The position numbers and the translations under genes are program-made. This document shows, piece after piece, positions 1 through 9,583 of a stretch of DNA of 64,000 bases (position 1 is its first letter; every line of letters starts with the position of its first letter). The stretch is from Candidatus Magasanikiibacteriota bacterium (GTDB taxonomy: Bacteria > Patescibacteriota > Patescibacteriia > Magasanikbacterales > 2-02-FULL-50-9b): contig CAITMK010000014.1 of assembly GCA_903893485.1 (NCBI GenBank), positions 2,144-66,143 of the forward strand, read 5' to 3'. Below the pieces are notes generated by a model. That model was not told the origin of the DNA and did no database searches. It worked only from the letters and a program-made list of their open reading frames with translations.

Positions 1-849
1 GAGGAGCAAATCTTTTGCTTTCTGAAGCGCTTCGTCTTTGGTCATGGTGCCGGTACAACCAGTTGCACCTTTCCAACAAAGTAAAATGTGGCGAGCAGAA
101 ACAAAATCATGAGCTGAGGTAGCACCACGCTGCAAGAAATAGTATCCTTGCGCGTCTTCGAGTGGAGTGCGAGTAAACGTACCCTCACGAGTTTTTGCAG
201 CCCAGTTATAAATGGTTGCGCTATCGGCTTTGGTTACCGCGCCCAAATCTTTACCACCATTTTTTGCGTATACGTCATCAAAGGTTGCGGCGGTTTTGAG
301 TGATGCGGTAATTACATCTGCAGAAGTTTTTGCCGCTACGTTTGCATCAGCAATTGCTTTTTTCTGATCATCGGTAAGCTGAACGTTGCCGCCTTGCTTG
401 TCGCGGAATTCCAAAGTTGGTGTTGCACCAATCATGTCAATTGCCTGCTGCACATTGTGCACGTCTGGCAAATCAACCAAAATGCGCCACACGCCACTTG
501 ATTTGGTGGTTTGTACCAGCGGTTCTGAAACACCAAATGCGTTTACACGGCGTTCAATAACATCACGTGCGCCTTCAACGGCTGCTGGTTCGTCGCCAGC
601 GGCAACATTTTTAACATCAACATCGTACATGAGTGATGCGCCGCCGCGTAAATCAAGACCCAAACGAAATGGTTCTGGGTTTAAGTGACCAAGCGAAAGG
701 CCAACTTTTGTATTCAAAAAATCAGACGCTTCGTTGTATGGCGTTGGGTAACTATAGATACCAGCGGCAACTACAAACAAAACAACTGCGATCAGACCGT
801 TTCGGACTTTGCTGCGAGGCATTTCTGTGGACGTTTGACGTAATTTCAT
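1..849 (-). CDS. secD: Protein translocase subunit SecD (5' part; runs off the window start)
   Basis: Manual translation from ATG at 849: MKLRQ...FRLGLDLRGGASLMYDVD...DVIERRVNAFGVSEPLVQ...ILVDLP...IGATPTLEF, which are SecD motifs. Confidence 0.93.
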   Translation of the reverse strand, partial: MKLRQTSTEMPRSKVRNGLIAVVLFVVAAGIYSYPTPYNEASDFLNTKVGLSLGHLNPEPFRLGLDLRGGASLMYDVDVKNVAAGDEPAAVEGARDVIERRVNAFGVSEPLVQTTKSSGVWRILVDLPDVHNVQQAIDMIGATPTLEFRDKQGGNVQLTDDQKKAIADANVAAKTSADVITASLKTAATFDDVYAKNGGKDLGAVTKADSATIYNWAAKTREGTFTRTPLEDAQGYYFLQRGATSAHDFVSARHILLCWKGATGCTGTMTKDEALQKAKDLLL

Positions 850-900
850 AGGTTTTTCAAAGTGGCAATATAGTAACAAATTATGGGGCGGACGGCAAGT

Positions 901-1272
901 TTATTGTTCCAAGATGGCGCGTTCAGCGATCACATCACGATTCTTTGACAACTCATCGCTAAATTTTTCTGGGTATCGTAAGCTAAGTTTCGCAATATTT
1001 TTTTCCCAAATCTGCTCGAATGAAACGCCGAGTTCATCGGCGAGAAGTGCGAGGTACCACATAATGTCGCCCGCTTCTTCCATTAGGTTTACTTTATCGA
1101 GCGCGCGCCCATGCATTTTTGATTTTTTGAGTGCGTCCATGCATTCACCCGCTTCGCTTACGATGCCATAGACCGCATGTTCGATGCGTGGTGTCACGTC
1201 GCCGGTTGCAGTAAATAAATAACCTTCAGGCTGAGTTCGGAGTGCGTTGGTAATATATTCTTGTGGTGTCAT
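901..1272 (-). CDS. MazG-like nucleoside triphosphate pyrophosphohydrolase
   Basis: GIVSEAGECMDALKK...EEAGDIMWY...NIAKLSLRYP acidic helix pattern. Confidence 0.85.
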   Translation of the reverse strand: MTPQEYITNALRTQPEGYLFTATGDVTPRIEHAVYGIVSEAGECMDALKKSKMHGRALDKVNLMEEAGDIMWYLALLADELGVSFEQIWEKNIAKLSLRYPEKFSDELSKNRDVIAERAILEQ

Positions 1273-1691
1273 ATGGCAAACATGTTATAGGTTTTAAAGA
1301 CGTCGTGCAAATTGGGGATAATTGGAAACTGCGCAAATTCAGTTGGATTGATCCATTCAAAGGCGTCGTGATCTTCGGAAAGTTTAATTTCATTCGTCAC
1401 CACTTCGCATTCGAAAAATATTCCCACGATTTGCCATTCTTCGCCGCGCACGGTTGGGTGCCACTCGCCAACACTAAGTGGTTTTTTGATTTTTATAGTG
1501 AGGCCCGTTTCTTCAAGTACTTCACGCGCAAGAGCTTCGTCGTATTTTTCACCCGGATTCAGGCGACCACCTGGTAAATCGTAGCGGCCAGCGTTGGTCC
1601 CATCCTGATACGATCCAGATTCACGTAAAATGAGCACTTTGCCTTCATATATAATGAATGCTTTTGTAGCGAGGAAGAGTTTAGGGGGCAT
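1269..1691 (-). CDS. NUDIX hydrolase (MutT-like)
   Basis: Nudix box GGRLNPGEKYDEALAREVLEETGL. Confidence 0.92.
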   Translation of the reverse strand: MPPKLFLATKAFIIYEGKVLILRESGSYQDGTNAGRYDLPGGRLNPGEKYDEALAREVLEETGLTIKIKKPLSVGEWHPTVRGEEWQIVGIFFECEVVTNEIKLSEDHDAFEWINPTEFAQFPIIPNLHDVFKTYNMFAI

Positions 1692-1692
1692 A

Positions 1693-2259
1693 TTATTTTA
1701 TTTCTTGCAATAATTTTCCCAAAAGTTTTTTTGGTAGGCCGCGAGCTATATCAAAGCTGCCATCTGTCTTACTCATAAATTGCATCATCGCTGGATTTTC
1801 GGACCGAAGTGCGCCCGCACAATCCATTACACCGTCATATTCAGCAAGCGACGCTGCGTCCGCGTCTGAGATAGGGTTGTACCATATGTGCATAGCACAA
1901 AGTCCTTCGGCACGTTTCCCTGTTTTGGTGTTCGTTACAACCATGCCGTTAATTATTGTTGCAGGCTGCTTGCCATACGATTTAATAAACTCGCGAGCCT
2001 GCTCTTTTGACACTGGCTTTTCCCGAATTTGCCCATTCCATACCACGACTTGATCAGAGGCAATCACAATCGATGGCTCTTTGACCTGTGCACTTACTGC
2101 GTCTGCCTTGGCGTGCGCAATCGCGAGTACTAATTTTTCAGGGTCTGCTTCGCGAATAGCCTTTTCGTCGATGTCTGGCGAAATGACATCGTAGGCAAGA
2201 CCCAACTCGTCCATGACCATGCGGCGAAATCTTGAAGAGGATCCGAGAATTATTTTCAT
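1693..2259 (-). CDS. maf: Maf family nucleoside triphosphate pyrophosphatase
   Basis: IILGSSSRFRR, DIDEK, AHAKA, IASDQVV, EKP motifs. Confidence 0.9.
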   Translation of the reverse strand: MKIILGSSSRFRRMVMDELGLAYDVISPDIDEKAIREADPEKLVLAIAHAKADAVSAQVKEPSIVIASDQVVVWNGQIREKPVSKEQAREFIKSYGKQPATIINGMVVTNTKTGKRAEGLCAMHIWYNPISDADAASLAEYDGVMDCAGALRSENPAMMQFMSKTDGSFDIARGLPKKLLGKLLQEIK

Positions 2260-2690
2260 AGTGCGACAGCATACTGCTGCGCAATCTCAAGCATCCCTGT
2301 CATAAAATAATCTTCGAGTTTTACGTTTTTTAAATCGAGCCACAAGATATCATTATGATCAGGCGACAACGTAATTTTTGCACCTTCTATATACTGCGCC
2401 ACAAACGCCAGATAAAATGTTGGTACACCGTTTTTATTCATGTGGCGTCCTGTCGCGACTGGCGTCATCGAAATTTCTCCGACAGCGTCGGTTCCAATTT
2501 CTTCAGCAACTTCGCGCATTAAAATATCGTAGATGGGCGTTGCAAATTCTGTTACATTGATGCGGCCGCCGGGAAAATCATGCACTTTATGAAATGGTGG
2601 TTCCCAAGTAGCTGGTTTTAAAACCAGAATTTTTCCCGCTGCATTTTTTAAAAATAGTTTAAGTGAAATTTCGTATCGTTCATTTTCCAT
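2256..2690 (-). CDS. NUDIX hydrolase
   Basis: DFPGGRINVTE...MREVAEEIG, LSPDH. Confidence 0.85.
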   Translation of the reverse strand: MENERYEISLKLFLKNAAGKILVLKPATWEPPFHKVHDFPGGRINVTEFATPIYDILMREVAEEIGTDAVGEISMTPVATGRHMNKNGVPTFYLAFVAQYIEGAKITLSPDHNDILWLDLKNVKLEDYFMTGMLEIAQQYAVAL

Positions 2691-2741
2691 AATTACAGAA
2701 CAGTTAAATTATATTTGTATTTAATAATTACACATGATGCC

Positions 2742-3398
2742 TTACCACGGATATATCTCACCCTTATACCAAAAATTACCTGATTCAACACGCTTTGCAA
2801 TAAGTGCAAAAATATCATTCGCAGCTTCTTGCGGCGTAATATCACCCTCACCTTCATTCATATCTGTCTTCACGTATCCTGGATGAACCGAGGAGACAAT
2901 CACCTTGCCCGCCAAACGCGCAGCAAGAATGCGAGTGAACATGTTCAACGCTGCTTTTGAAATACCATAATTTGGATATAGGCACGTCGTCGTAAATGAT
3001 AGCGAACCACGACGCGATGAAATGTTTATTATTTGTTCCGAAATCAAATTGTGAGCCAAAAGTTGTTCAGTAAAATCGATCGATCCAATTACATTTGAAT
3101 CCAATGTTTCCTGCAGAACCGCAACATCAATCGTTTGTGCCTCATCTTCTGGATGCCAAATGCCAGCATTATTAATCAAAATGTTAATCTTTTTATCAAG
3201 TGCTTGAATCGTGGCAGCGCATGTTTTGCGACTTTCTACTTGTGATAACTCGAGCGGTACAAACATTAAATTTTCATGCGAATACTCAGCTTCTCCAGAC
3301 CGGGATGTCCCGATAACGAAAAAACCTTCGTTCAAAAATTTTTCTGCGAGCGCGCGGCCGATGCCACGACTAGCGCCAGTGATTACTATGGTTTTCAT
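2742..3398 (-). CDS. SDR family NAD(P)-dependent oxidoreductase
   Basis: TGASRGIG, NNAG, YxxSK, HPGYVKTDM. Confidence 0.92.
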   Translation of the reverse strand: MKTIVITGASRGIGRALAEKFLNEGFFVIGTSRSGEAEYSHENLMFVPLELSQVESRKTCAATIQALDKKINILINNAGIWHPEDEAQTIDVAVLQETLDSNVIGSIDFTEQLLAHNLISEQIINISSRRGSLSFTTTCLYPNYGISKAALNMFTRILAARLAGKVIVSSVHPGYVKTDMNEGEGDITPQEAANDIFALIAKRVESGNFWYKGEIYPW

Positions 3399-3712
3399 AT
3401 AAGTGGATACACATCAAGCGCAACCTCTTCATATGGGTGCGCAAATTTAATTGCAGCTATTACGTCATGAAGTGCAGATGACGGGCAAACAGTTTCGATG
3501 CGTTCCTCATTGACTTCTTCCAAATCACCAACCGATCCAATGTGCGGATGTGCACCTTCGAGCGGTTTAAATCGCCCAATGCCTTTGGATGAAAACGTGC
3601 AATTCGAGTAATTGCCTATGACACCTGCGCCCGCGGATGCCATTGCCTCGCGCACTACGTCGGCATGAGATTCCGGTACAAATACAACGATTTTATATTT
3701 TTCAAATTCCAT
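3395..3712 (-). CDS. Stand-alone YqfO/Nif3 PII-like domain protein
   Basis: KIVVFVP...AGAGVIGNYSNCTF...GRFKPLEGAHP...HPYEEVALD. Confidence 0.85.
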   Translation of the reverse strand: MEFEKYKIVVFVPESHADVVREAMASAGAGVIGNYSNCTFSSKGIGRFKPLEGAHPHIGSVGDLEEVNEERIETVCPSSALHDVIAAIKFAHPYEEVALDVYPLI

Positions 3713-4244
3713 ACTTTTCCAAAATAATATCTAACTGTTTGAACAAATCTACTTCTGAGCCTGAATTCTCAATTCGCGCATCTGCCGCATCGAGCACTTG
3801 TTGCATCGAATATCCTGGAGCTGATAATTCATATGTCTCCTGCGCTTTAAATTCATCAAGCGAGATTATATCACCTTCGCGCTGGCGCATCTGTGCACGC
3901 GCATAACGCAGCTCAATAGGGGCCGCAACTTCAAGTAATATAAAATCGCCAGGAAATTTTTTACGGAAAAAATCAACTCCCGCCATTTCACGAAACGCAC
4001 TAATAACCGTGTTGCCCGTAATATGTGGTAGCATTTCTTCATCCACGTATGCATCACCACGCAGCGCCCGCTGACGTGTTACATACGCCTGGATACTCGC
4101 ACGATCAAGTCGCAACCCTTCGGCGCGCATTGCAGTGCGGATTATGTCACCAGCAGATAACATCTTAAAGCTTTTCGTCACCAAATATTGCGCAACAGTA
4201 TCTTTTCCAGAGAGTGGAAAACCGGTAAGGCCTATGATTTTCAT
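3702..4244 (-). CDS. P-loop nucleoside monophosphate/dephospho-CoA kinase-like protein
   Basis: IIGLTGFPLSGKDT Walker A; lid R..R...R.R.GD. Confidence 0.8.
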   Translation of the reverse strand: MKIIGLTGFPLSGKDTVAQYLVTKSFKMLSAGDIIRTAMRAEGLRLDRASIQAYVTRQRALRGDAYVDEEMLPHITGNTVISAFREMAGVDFFRKKFPGDFILLEVAAPIELRYARAQMRQREGDIISLDEFKAQETYELSAPGYSMQQVLDAADARIENSGSEVDLFKQLDIILEKYGI

Positions 4245-4438
4245 ATCGAAACAAAAGTAAATCGAGGTACTTCTACACCATCAACAACTACATATTCTTG
4301 GAACATGGCGAGAGGTCGCACCCACATTTTGCCATTATGCTTATAAACAACTAGTTCTTCTTCGGTTTCTGTATGGGTCGCGACTCCAATCACCTCTGCA
4401 AGATGACCTTTGTGGTGTTTATAAATACCCAGTTGCAT
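4241..4438 (-). CDS. DUF1653 domain protein
   Basis: GIYKHHKG...ATHTETEEELVVY...WVRPLAMF; start adjusted to ATG at 4438. Confidence 0.88.
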   Translation of the reverse strand: MQLGIYKHHKGHLAEVIGVATHTETEEELVVYKHNGKMWVRPLAMFQEYVVVDGVEVPRFTFVSI

Positions 4439-4457
4439 ATGAATAAAGCAGTGATGC

Positions 4458-5126
4458 CTATTTTTTTCCAATAATTGCCACCGTGAATAATTCAAATTTC
4501 TTCACGCGTTTCAGGAAATCTTCAAGCGATTCTTTTTTATCCACTGTTGTTCCCTCTTTTTGCGGATCATTATAAAACACATTTGTGCCATCAAATCCGG
4601 TGATTGGAACCCAATGATTAAAATCCAGCAAGACAAGAGCGAATTCACCCGCCTGCACACGTCTAAAAACTTCTTCTATTTCAATTTCCGATTCTTTCAA
4701 AATACCGCGCGCCAACATTTCTTTAGTGGACTCTGCGCCGTCTTGCAAATTGTGATCACGTAAATATGTTGAGGCCTCTTCCGCTTCCACCGAAGAATCA
4801 TTTGACGTCAAACGCTCAAGCAGCTCAAGAGGCTCATAGGGAAATCGATTCCAATCGATATTCGAATACAAATCAACCGAATATCCCTTATCATGAAGCC
4901 AGGAAAGTATCCAACCAGGCCACGTGCCCAAATGTTCTCGCTTGTGGCTAGCCAGCTCCAGCGTTTTAAGATCAGGAACATCACCTGGCGATAGTGCCTC
5001 TAATATCATACCAACGGAGGCCTGCATACAACTGTTATCTGGCGATGGCTTTGCGGGGAGATTAATTTTAAATTTTGGTAGGTCTTCAAATGAGTGTATT
5101 GTTGGAAGCGTTTCAAACGGTCTCAT
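4458..5126 (-). CDS. Peptidase C39-like (papain-fold) protein
   Basis: NSCMQAS (Cys), HWVPITG (His), YNDP (Asp). Confidence 0.65.
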   Translation of the reverse strand: MRPFETLPTIHSFEDLPKFKINLPAKPSPDNSCMQASVGMILEALSPGDVPDLKTLELASHKREHLGTWPGWILSWLHDKGYSVDLYSNIDWNRFPYEPLELLERLTSNDSSVEAEEASTYLRDHNLQDGAESTKEMLARGILKESEIEIEEVFRRVQAGEFALVLLDFNHWVPITGFDGTNVFYNDPQKEGTTVDKKESLEDFLKRVKKFELFTVAIIGKK

Positions 5127-5209
5127 AGAAGTAAATAATGAACTTCATTTTTTAAATGAATAAGCGCCATCAACACTTGTCAGATACACCAGTGGTTTAC
5201 TCATATTAA

Positions 5210-8011
5210 TTACGCCCCATGACACTTCTTAAATTTCTTCCCGCTCCCGCAAGGACATTCATCATTGCGCCCAACCCCATGATATTTACTATCCATTGGC
5301 GTTTTGCTCATGCCGGCAAGTGCGGCGCCCGCGGCTTTCATGACATCGTCAACAATCTCGCCTTCATGCACGGTTTGTACCGGCATCGTGTCACCTTCTT
5401 TGGCAGCACCCGCAACTTCAAGACCCGCGCGCTGCAAAAGTGATGGCATCCACTGCGTTGCATTATTGATTTCCAAAATGCCATGCACAATATCTGAATT
5501 GATAAACGACAACAATTCCTGGAACAAACGATACGATTCGCGTTTGTATTCCACGAGCGGCTCACGCTGGCCGTAGCCACGCAAACCAATACCGGTACGC
5601 AAATAATTCAATGCTTCCAGATGTTCAATCCACAGCGTATCAATCGCACGGAGCATTACATTTTTAAATGTCTCACGTGCCTGCACGGGCGTCTCAAATG
5701 CCGCCGCGAACGCTGCAACGCGCTCTTTGGCATATTCTGCCATTGGCTCAATTAATTCGGTGCGGATGATTTGCGGCTCTTTGTGGCCCGCGTCTTCGAG
5801 CGGCGTTAAGAAACGTTTTGATTCATGCGCGTCGGTACCAAGCAAACGTGAAATTTCTTTTGCAAAATTTTCTTCGTCAACTTCGGTGTTTGCGGGAATT
5901 TCAGTGAAACGAAAAACGACTTGCTCAATTTCTTGTTCAAACAGCGCGCTTACCTGGCCGGTTAAAATTTCCAAACCAGTTTCTGATTCACCAGCTGCCA
6001 AAATTTCGGAGCGCTTTTTGTAAATCACTTCGCGATGACGATTCAAAACATCATCGTACTCCAAAAGATGCTTACGAATATCAAAGTTATGTCCTTCAAC
6101 TTTTTTCTGTGCGGTTTCCAAAGATTTGGTAATCAAAGAATGCTCGATTGGCATGTCTTCTGGCACATCCAGGCGCTTCAACAAATTTTTCATGCGGTCG
6201 GATCCAAAAATACGCATGAGATCATCCTCGGCGGAAATAAAGAATTGCGTTTCACCCGGATCACCCTGGCGACCTGCGCGGCCACGAAGCTGATTATCGA
6301 TGCGGCGCGATTCGTGGCGCTCGGTACCAAGCACGAACAAACCACCAACGCCGCGCACAGTTTCCTGCTCTTCCTTAATAACTGGATTACCACCAAGTAA
6401 AATATCAACGCCACGACCTGCCATGTTAGTTGCAAGCGTCACGGCGCCTCGGCGGCCAGCTTGCGCAACGATTTCACCTTCTTTTTCGTGATTTTTCGCA
6501 TTCAACATTTGGTGTGGCACACCAGCTTTCGCAAGCATGTCGGAAAGCATTTCATTTTTTTCAATCGAAATTGTACCAATCAAAATTGGCTGGCCACGTT
6601 CGCTACGTTCTTTAACCTCGCGCACCACGGCCTGGAATTTCCCCTGCTCGCTCGCGTAAATGCGATCACCCAAATCCACGCGTGAATTTTTTCGATGCGG
6701 CGGAATTACCGTAACTTCGAGTTTATAAATTTTTCCAAATTCTTCAGCTTCGGTAACTGCAGTACCGGTCATACCGCCAATTAAACCGTACAAGCGGAAA
6801 TAATTTTGGAATGTAATTGTTGCAAGTGTCTGCGATTCGCGCTGAATTGCAACGTGTTCTTTAGCTTCAATCGCCTGATGCAAACCTTCGGAATAACGGC
6901 GACCAACCATTAAGCGGCCCGTAAATTCATCGACAATCAAAACTTCGTTGTCTTTTACCACGTAATCTTTATCGCGCTTAAACAAAACTTCAGCACGAAG
7001 TGCAGAATCAATATGGTGCACCAAACGGTGGCCACCGGCAACATACAAATTTTCAACGCCCAATAATTTTTCGCACTCAGCAACACCCGCTTCGGTTAAG
7101 GTAACCGCGCGCTGCTTTTCGTCTTGCGTATAATGCTCATCTTTTTTGAGCTGACGAGCAATGTCTGCACATTTATAATACGTTTGCGCTGCCTCTTCGG
7201 CTGGCGCGCTAATGATCAAAGGTGTGCGCGCTTCATCAATTAAAATTGAATCAACTTCATCAATAAGCGCATATGCCAATTCGCGCTGCACCTGCTCTGC
7301 AGATGAAGACGCCATGTTGTCGCGCAAATAATCAAAACCAAATTCGTTGTTGGTACCGTATGTAATATCGGCAGCATACGATGCCTTACGCGTTGCCGGG
7401 CGTAAATAATCCATTTCCACGTGAAAACTGCCGAGCGTATCGCGCTCAACGTCTTCCGGTGTACCCTGATCAGTTAATCCGTCGGCTGTAACTTTATTCA
7501 CGACTTTAAATTCTGGATCGTACACGTACGAAGTCATTTGCTGCTGAATAATACCAACAGACAAACCGAGCGCATGAAAAATCTGACCCATCCAAACCGC
7601 GTCACGTTTTGCCAAATAATCATTCACCGTAACCACATGCACGCCGCGGCCCGTGAGCGCATGCAAATACACTGGCAACGTTCCGGTTAACGTTTTACCT
7701 TCACCGGTGCGCATTTCGGCAATGTTGCCGCGATGGAGCGCAATTGCACCCATGAGCTGCACGTCGTAGTGAAACTGGCCGATCGTGCGCTTTGCAGCTT
7801 CACGAACGGTTGCGTAGGCTTCGGGCAAAATATCATCCAAACTTTCCCCGCCAGCAAGACGGGTTTTAAACTCCGCAGTTTTGGCGCGCAAATCTGCATC
7901 AGAAAGCTGGCCATATTCTGGCGCCAATGCGTTAATCTGATCAACCAGCGGTTTTAAAGCTTTGATAACCTGCGCGTTCGGATCGCCGAAAAGTTTGGTG
8001 AGAAATGACAT
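5210..8011 (-). CDS. secA: Preprotein translocase ATPase SecA
   Basis: MRTGEGKT, DEVDSILIDEARTPLIIS, TNMAGRG, C-terminal GRNDECPCGSGKKFKKCH; start adjusted to MSFLTKLFG. Confidence 0.98.
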   Translation of the reverse strand: MSFLTKLFGDPNAQVIKALKPLVDQINALAPEYGQLSDADLRAKTAEFKTRLAGGESLDDILPEAYATVREAAKRTIGQFHYDVQLMGAIALHRGNIAEMRTGEGKTLTGTLPVYLHALTGRGVHVVTVNDYLAKRDAVWMGQIFHALGLSVGIIQQQMTSYVYDPEFKVVNKVTADGLTDQGTPEDVERDTLGSFHVEMDYLRPATRKASYAADITYGTNNEFGFDYLRDNMASSSAEQVQRELAYALIDEVDSILIDEARTPLIISAPAEEAAQTYYKCADIARQLKKDEHYTQDEKQRAVTLTEAGVAECEKLLGVENLYVAGGHRLVHHIDSALRAEVLFKRDKDYVVKDNEVLIVDEFTGRLMVGRRYSEGLHQAIEAKEHVAIQRESQTLATITFQNYFRLYGLIGGMTGTAVTEAEEFGKIYKLEVTVIPPHRKNSRVDLGDRIYASEQGKFQAVVREVKERSERGQPILIGTISIEKNEMLSDMLAKAGVPHQMLNAKNHEKEGEIVAQAGRRGAVTLATNMAGRGVDILLGGNPVIKEEQETVRGVGGLFVLGTERHESRRIDNQLRGRAGRQGDPGETQFFISAEDDLMRIFGSDRMKNLLKRLDVPEDMPIEHSLITKSLETAQKKVEGHNFDIRKHLLEYDDVLNRHREVIYKKRSEILAAGESETGLEILTGQVSALFEQEIEQVVFRFTEIPANTEVDEENFAKEISRLLGTDAHESKRFLTPLEDAGHKEPQIIRTELIEPMAEYAKERVAAFAAAFETPVQARETFKNVMLRAIDTLWIEHLEALNYLRTGIGLRGYGQREPLVEYKRESYRLFQELLSFINSDIVHGILEINNATQWMPSLLQRAGLEVAGAAKEGDTMPVQTVHEGEIVDDVMKAAGAALAGMSKTPMDSKYHGVGRNDECPCGSGKKFKKCHGA

Positions 8012-8022
8012 AGAATGGAGTA

Positions 8023-8051
8023 ATTGTAGCGTTATTTGCAAAATAAGACAA
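8023..8051 (-). promoter_or_regulatory. Putative secA promoter TTGTCT-17-TACAAT
   Basis: Hexamers with 17-nt spacing just upstream of the secA ATG. Confidence 0.55.
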
Positions 8052-8220
8052 GGGTGAAGATTTCCCGTACCGCTCAGGAGCACATGCTCATTTTGGCCAG
8101 CGCCAAAATGGCATTCGCTCTCGGCGAGCCATTTTGCCTACGGCAAAAACCGGCTGGCTCGCCTCCGAGAGTCTCCTTCGCGATACGGGAAACCTTTACC
8201 AAGTTTTTTCAAAATAAGAC
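8039..8220. mobile_element. Palindromic multi-stem element (MITE/REP-like) flanked by 11-bp direct repeats
   Basis: CAAAATAAGAC at 8039-8049 and 8210-8220; nested inverted repeats ggtgaag-a-tttcccgta/tacgggaaa-c-ctttacc, cattttggc/gccaaaatg, ctctcgg-cgagcca/tggctcg-ccgagag, ttttgcc-tac-ggcaaaa. Confidence 0.6.
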
Positions 8221-8244
8221 TACAGTTCCCTCCCAAAACCTTAT

Positions 8245-8275
8245 AAAAAGCCTCTCATTCTTAGAGAGGCTTTTT
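8245..8275 (-). terminator. Intrinsic terminator after hpf (bidirectional)
   Basis: aaaaagcctctc...gagaggcttttt. Confidence 0.8.
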
Positions 8276-8298
8276 AGTGCTTATGCAGCGCCGATCAA

Positions 8299-8628
8299 TT
8301 ATGCGCGGAGCTTGCGTGCATCAACAGATTCTTCTTTAATTTTTACCACCTGTTTTTTGGTTGCCGCAATTGCTTGATCCATTGAATCGTAGAGATCATC
8401 GGATTCTGCAGCAGCGTACACTGATTTTTTGCCCATGATCATGTGCAATTCCGCGCGAAAAATTTTACCTTTGTGGTGATGATGCGTGGTGCGTGATAAT
8501 TCAACGCTTACAATTGCGTCATCGTGCAACGTGCCAACGATTTTGTCTAGGCGGCTGAATTTTTCTGCGGCGATTTGCTTAATAGCGGTGGTGAGGCTGA
8601 GGCCCGTACTATGGAATGTAATTTGCAT
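8299..8628 (-). CDS. hpf: Ribosome hibernation promoting factor (HPF/RaiA, short form)
   Basis: MQITFHSTGLSLT..IKQ...EKFSRL...HHHKGKIFRAE...DLYDSMD. Confidence 0.9.
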   Translation of the reverse strand: MQITFHSTGLSLTTAIKQIAAEKFSRLDKIVGTLHDDAIVSVELSRTTHHHHKGKIFRAELHMIMGKKSVYAAAESDDLYDSMDQAIAATKKQVVKIKEESVDARKLRA

Positions 8629-8653
8629 ATGGATATATTGTAGCGCCGCTTGA

Positions 8654-9583
8654 TTAAATATTCAAGCGAGTGATTTCTTCGTGCAGCTGCACGCCAAATT
8701 GCGCCGCGACTTTTTCTTTTGCCAAATCAATGAGCGCGGCAATGTCCGCGGCCGTGGCGCCCGGTGCTGTCACCATAAAATTTCCATGAACCTCAGAAAT
8801 TTTCGCCCCGCCCTGCACCGCGCCTTTTAAATTCGCTTTTTCAATGAGCCATCCTGCAGGCACGCGATGCGCGGCCAAAAAATTTTCTGGAACGCCAAAC
8901 GCGCGAAGTTGCGGCACAGCCCGTTCTTCAATTTCAACATTTTTAAATGTGCAACCGCTGCTTGGAACACCTTTTGGCTGCGTCTTAATGCGATATTCCA
9001 AAACCTCACGCATTTTTGCAACCGGCCCTGCTGCATCTGCGGCATGCGCAAGTTGCAAAGTAGCAGATAAAATAATCGCATGCGGCAAATTTTTAAAAAC
9101 AGAATCGCGATATCCAAATTTACATTCAGCCGCACTATATTTTTTTACTTCACCATTTTCCAAAACAGAAACACTCACCACAGAATCTTTCATCTCGCCG
9201 CCAGTTGCACCGGCATTGCCATGCACGGCGCCACCAATCGTGCCGGGAACGCCCGCGCCCCACTCAAAACCAGTCAGGCCCGCCCGCACGGATGCACCAG
9301 CAACTGCCGCGGTGATAGCACCAGCGCCCGCGATCACCGCATTGCCTTCAATCAACAAATCGCGATTTTGATACCAAATAATAACGCCCGGAAAACCCAC
9401 ATCGCTTACCAATAAATTACTGCCGCCACCGAGCACGCGCCACGGCAATTTTTTTTCATCAGCAAATGTGATCGCCTCTTGCAGTTCTGCAACGGTGTGC
9501 GCAGCAATACCAAAAAGTGCGTTGCCGCCAACGCCAAACGTGGAATGTTTTGCAAGCGGTTCATTTTCTTTTATGTCGAGCAT
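8654..9583 (-). CDS. murB: UDP-N-acetylmuramate dehydrogenase
   Basis: LGGGSNLL, GVPGTIGGA..GNAGA, FGYRDS, SSGCTFKN, HGNF. Confidence 0.96.
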   Translation of the reverse strand: MLDIKENEPLAKHSTFGVGGNALFGIAAHTVAELQEAITFADEKKLPWRVLGGGSNLLVSDVGFPGVIIWYQNRDLLIEGNAVIAGAGAITAAVAGASVRAGLTGFEWGAGVPGTIGGAVHGNAGATGGEMKDSVVSVSVLENGEVKKYSAAECKFGYRDSVFKNLPHAIILSATLQLAHAADAAGPVAKMREVLEYRIKTQPKGVPSSGCTFKNVEIEERAVPQLRAFGVPENFLAAHRVPAGWLIEKANLKGAVQGGAKISEVHGNFMVTAPGATAADIAALIDLAKEKVAAQFGVQLHEEITRLNI

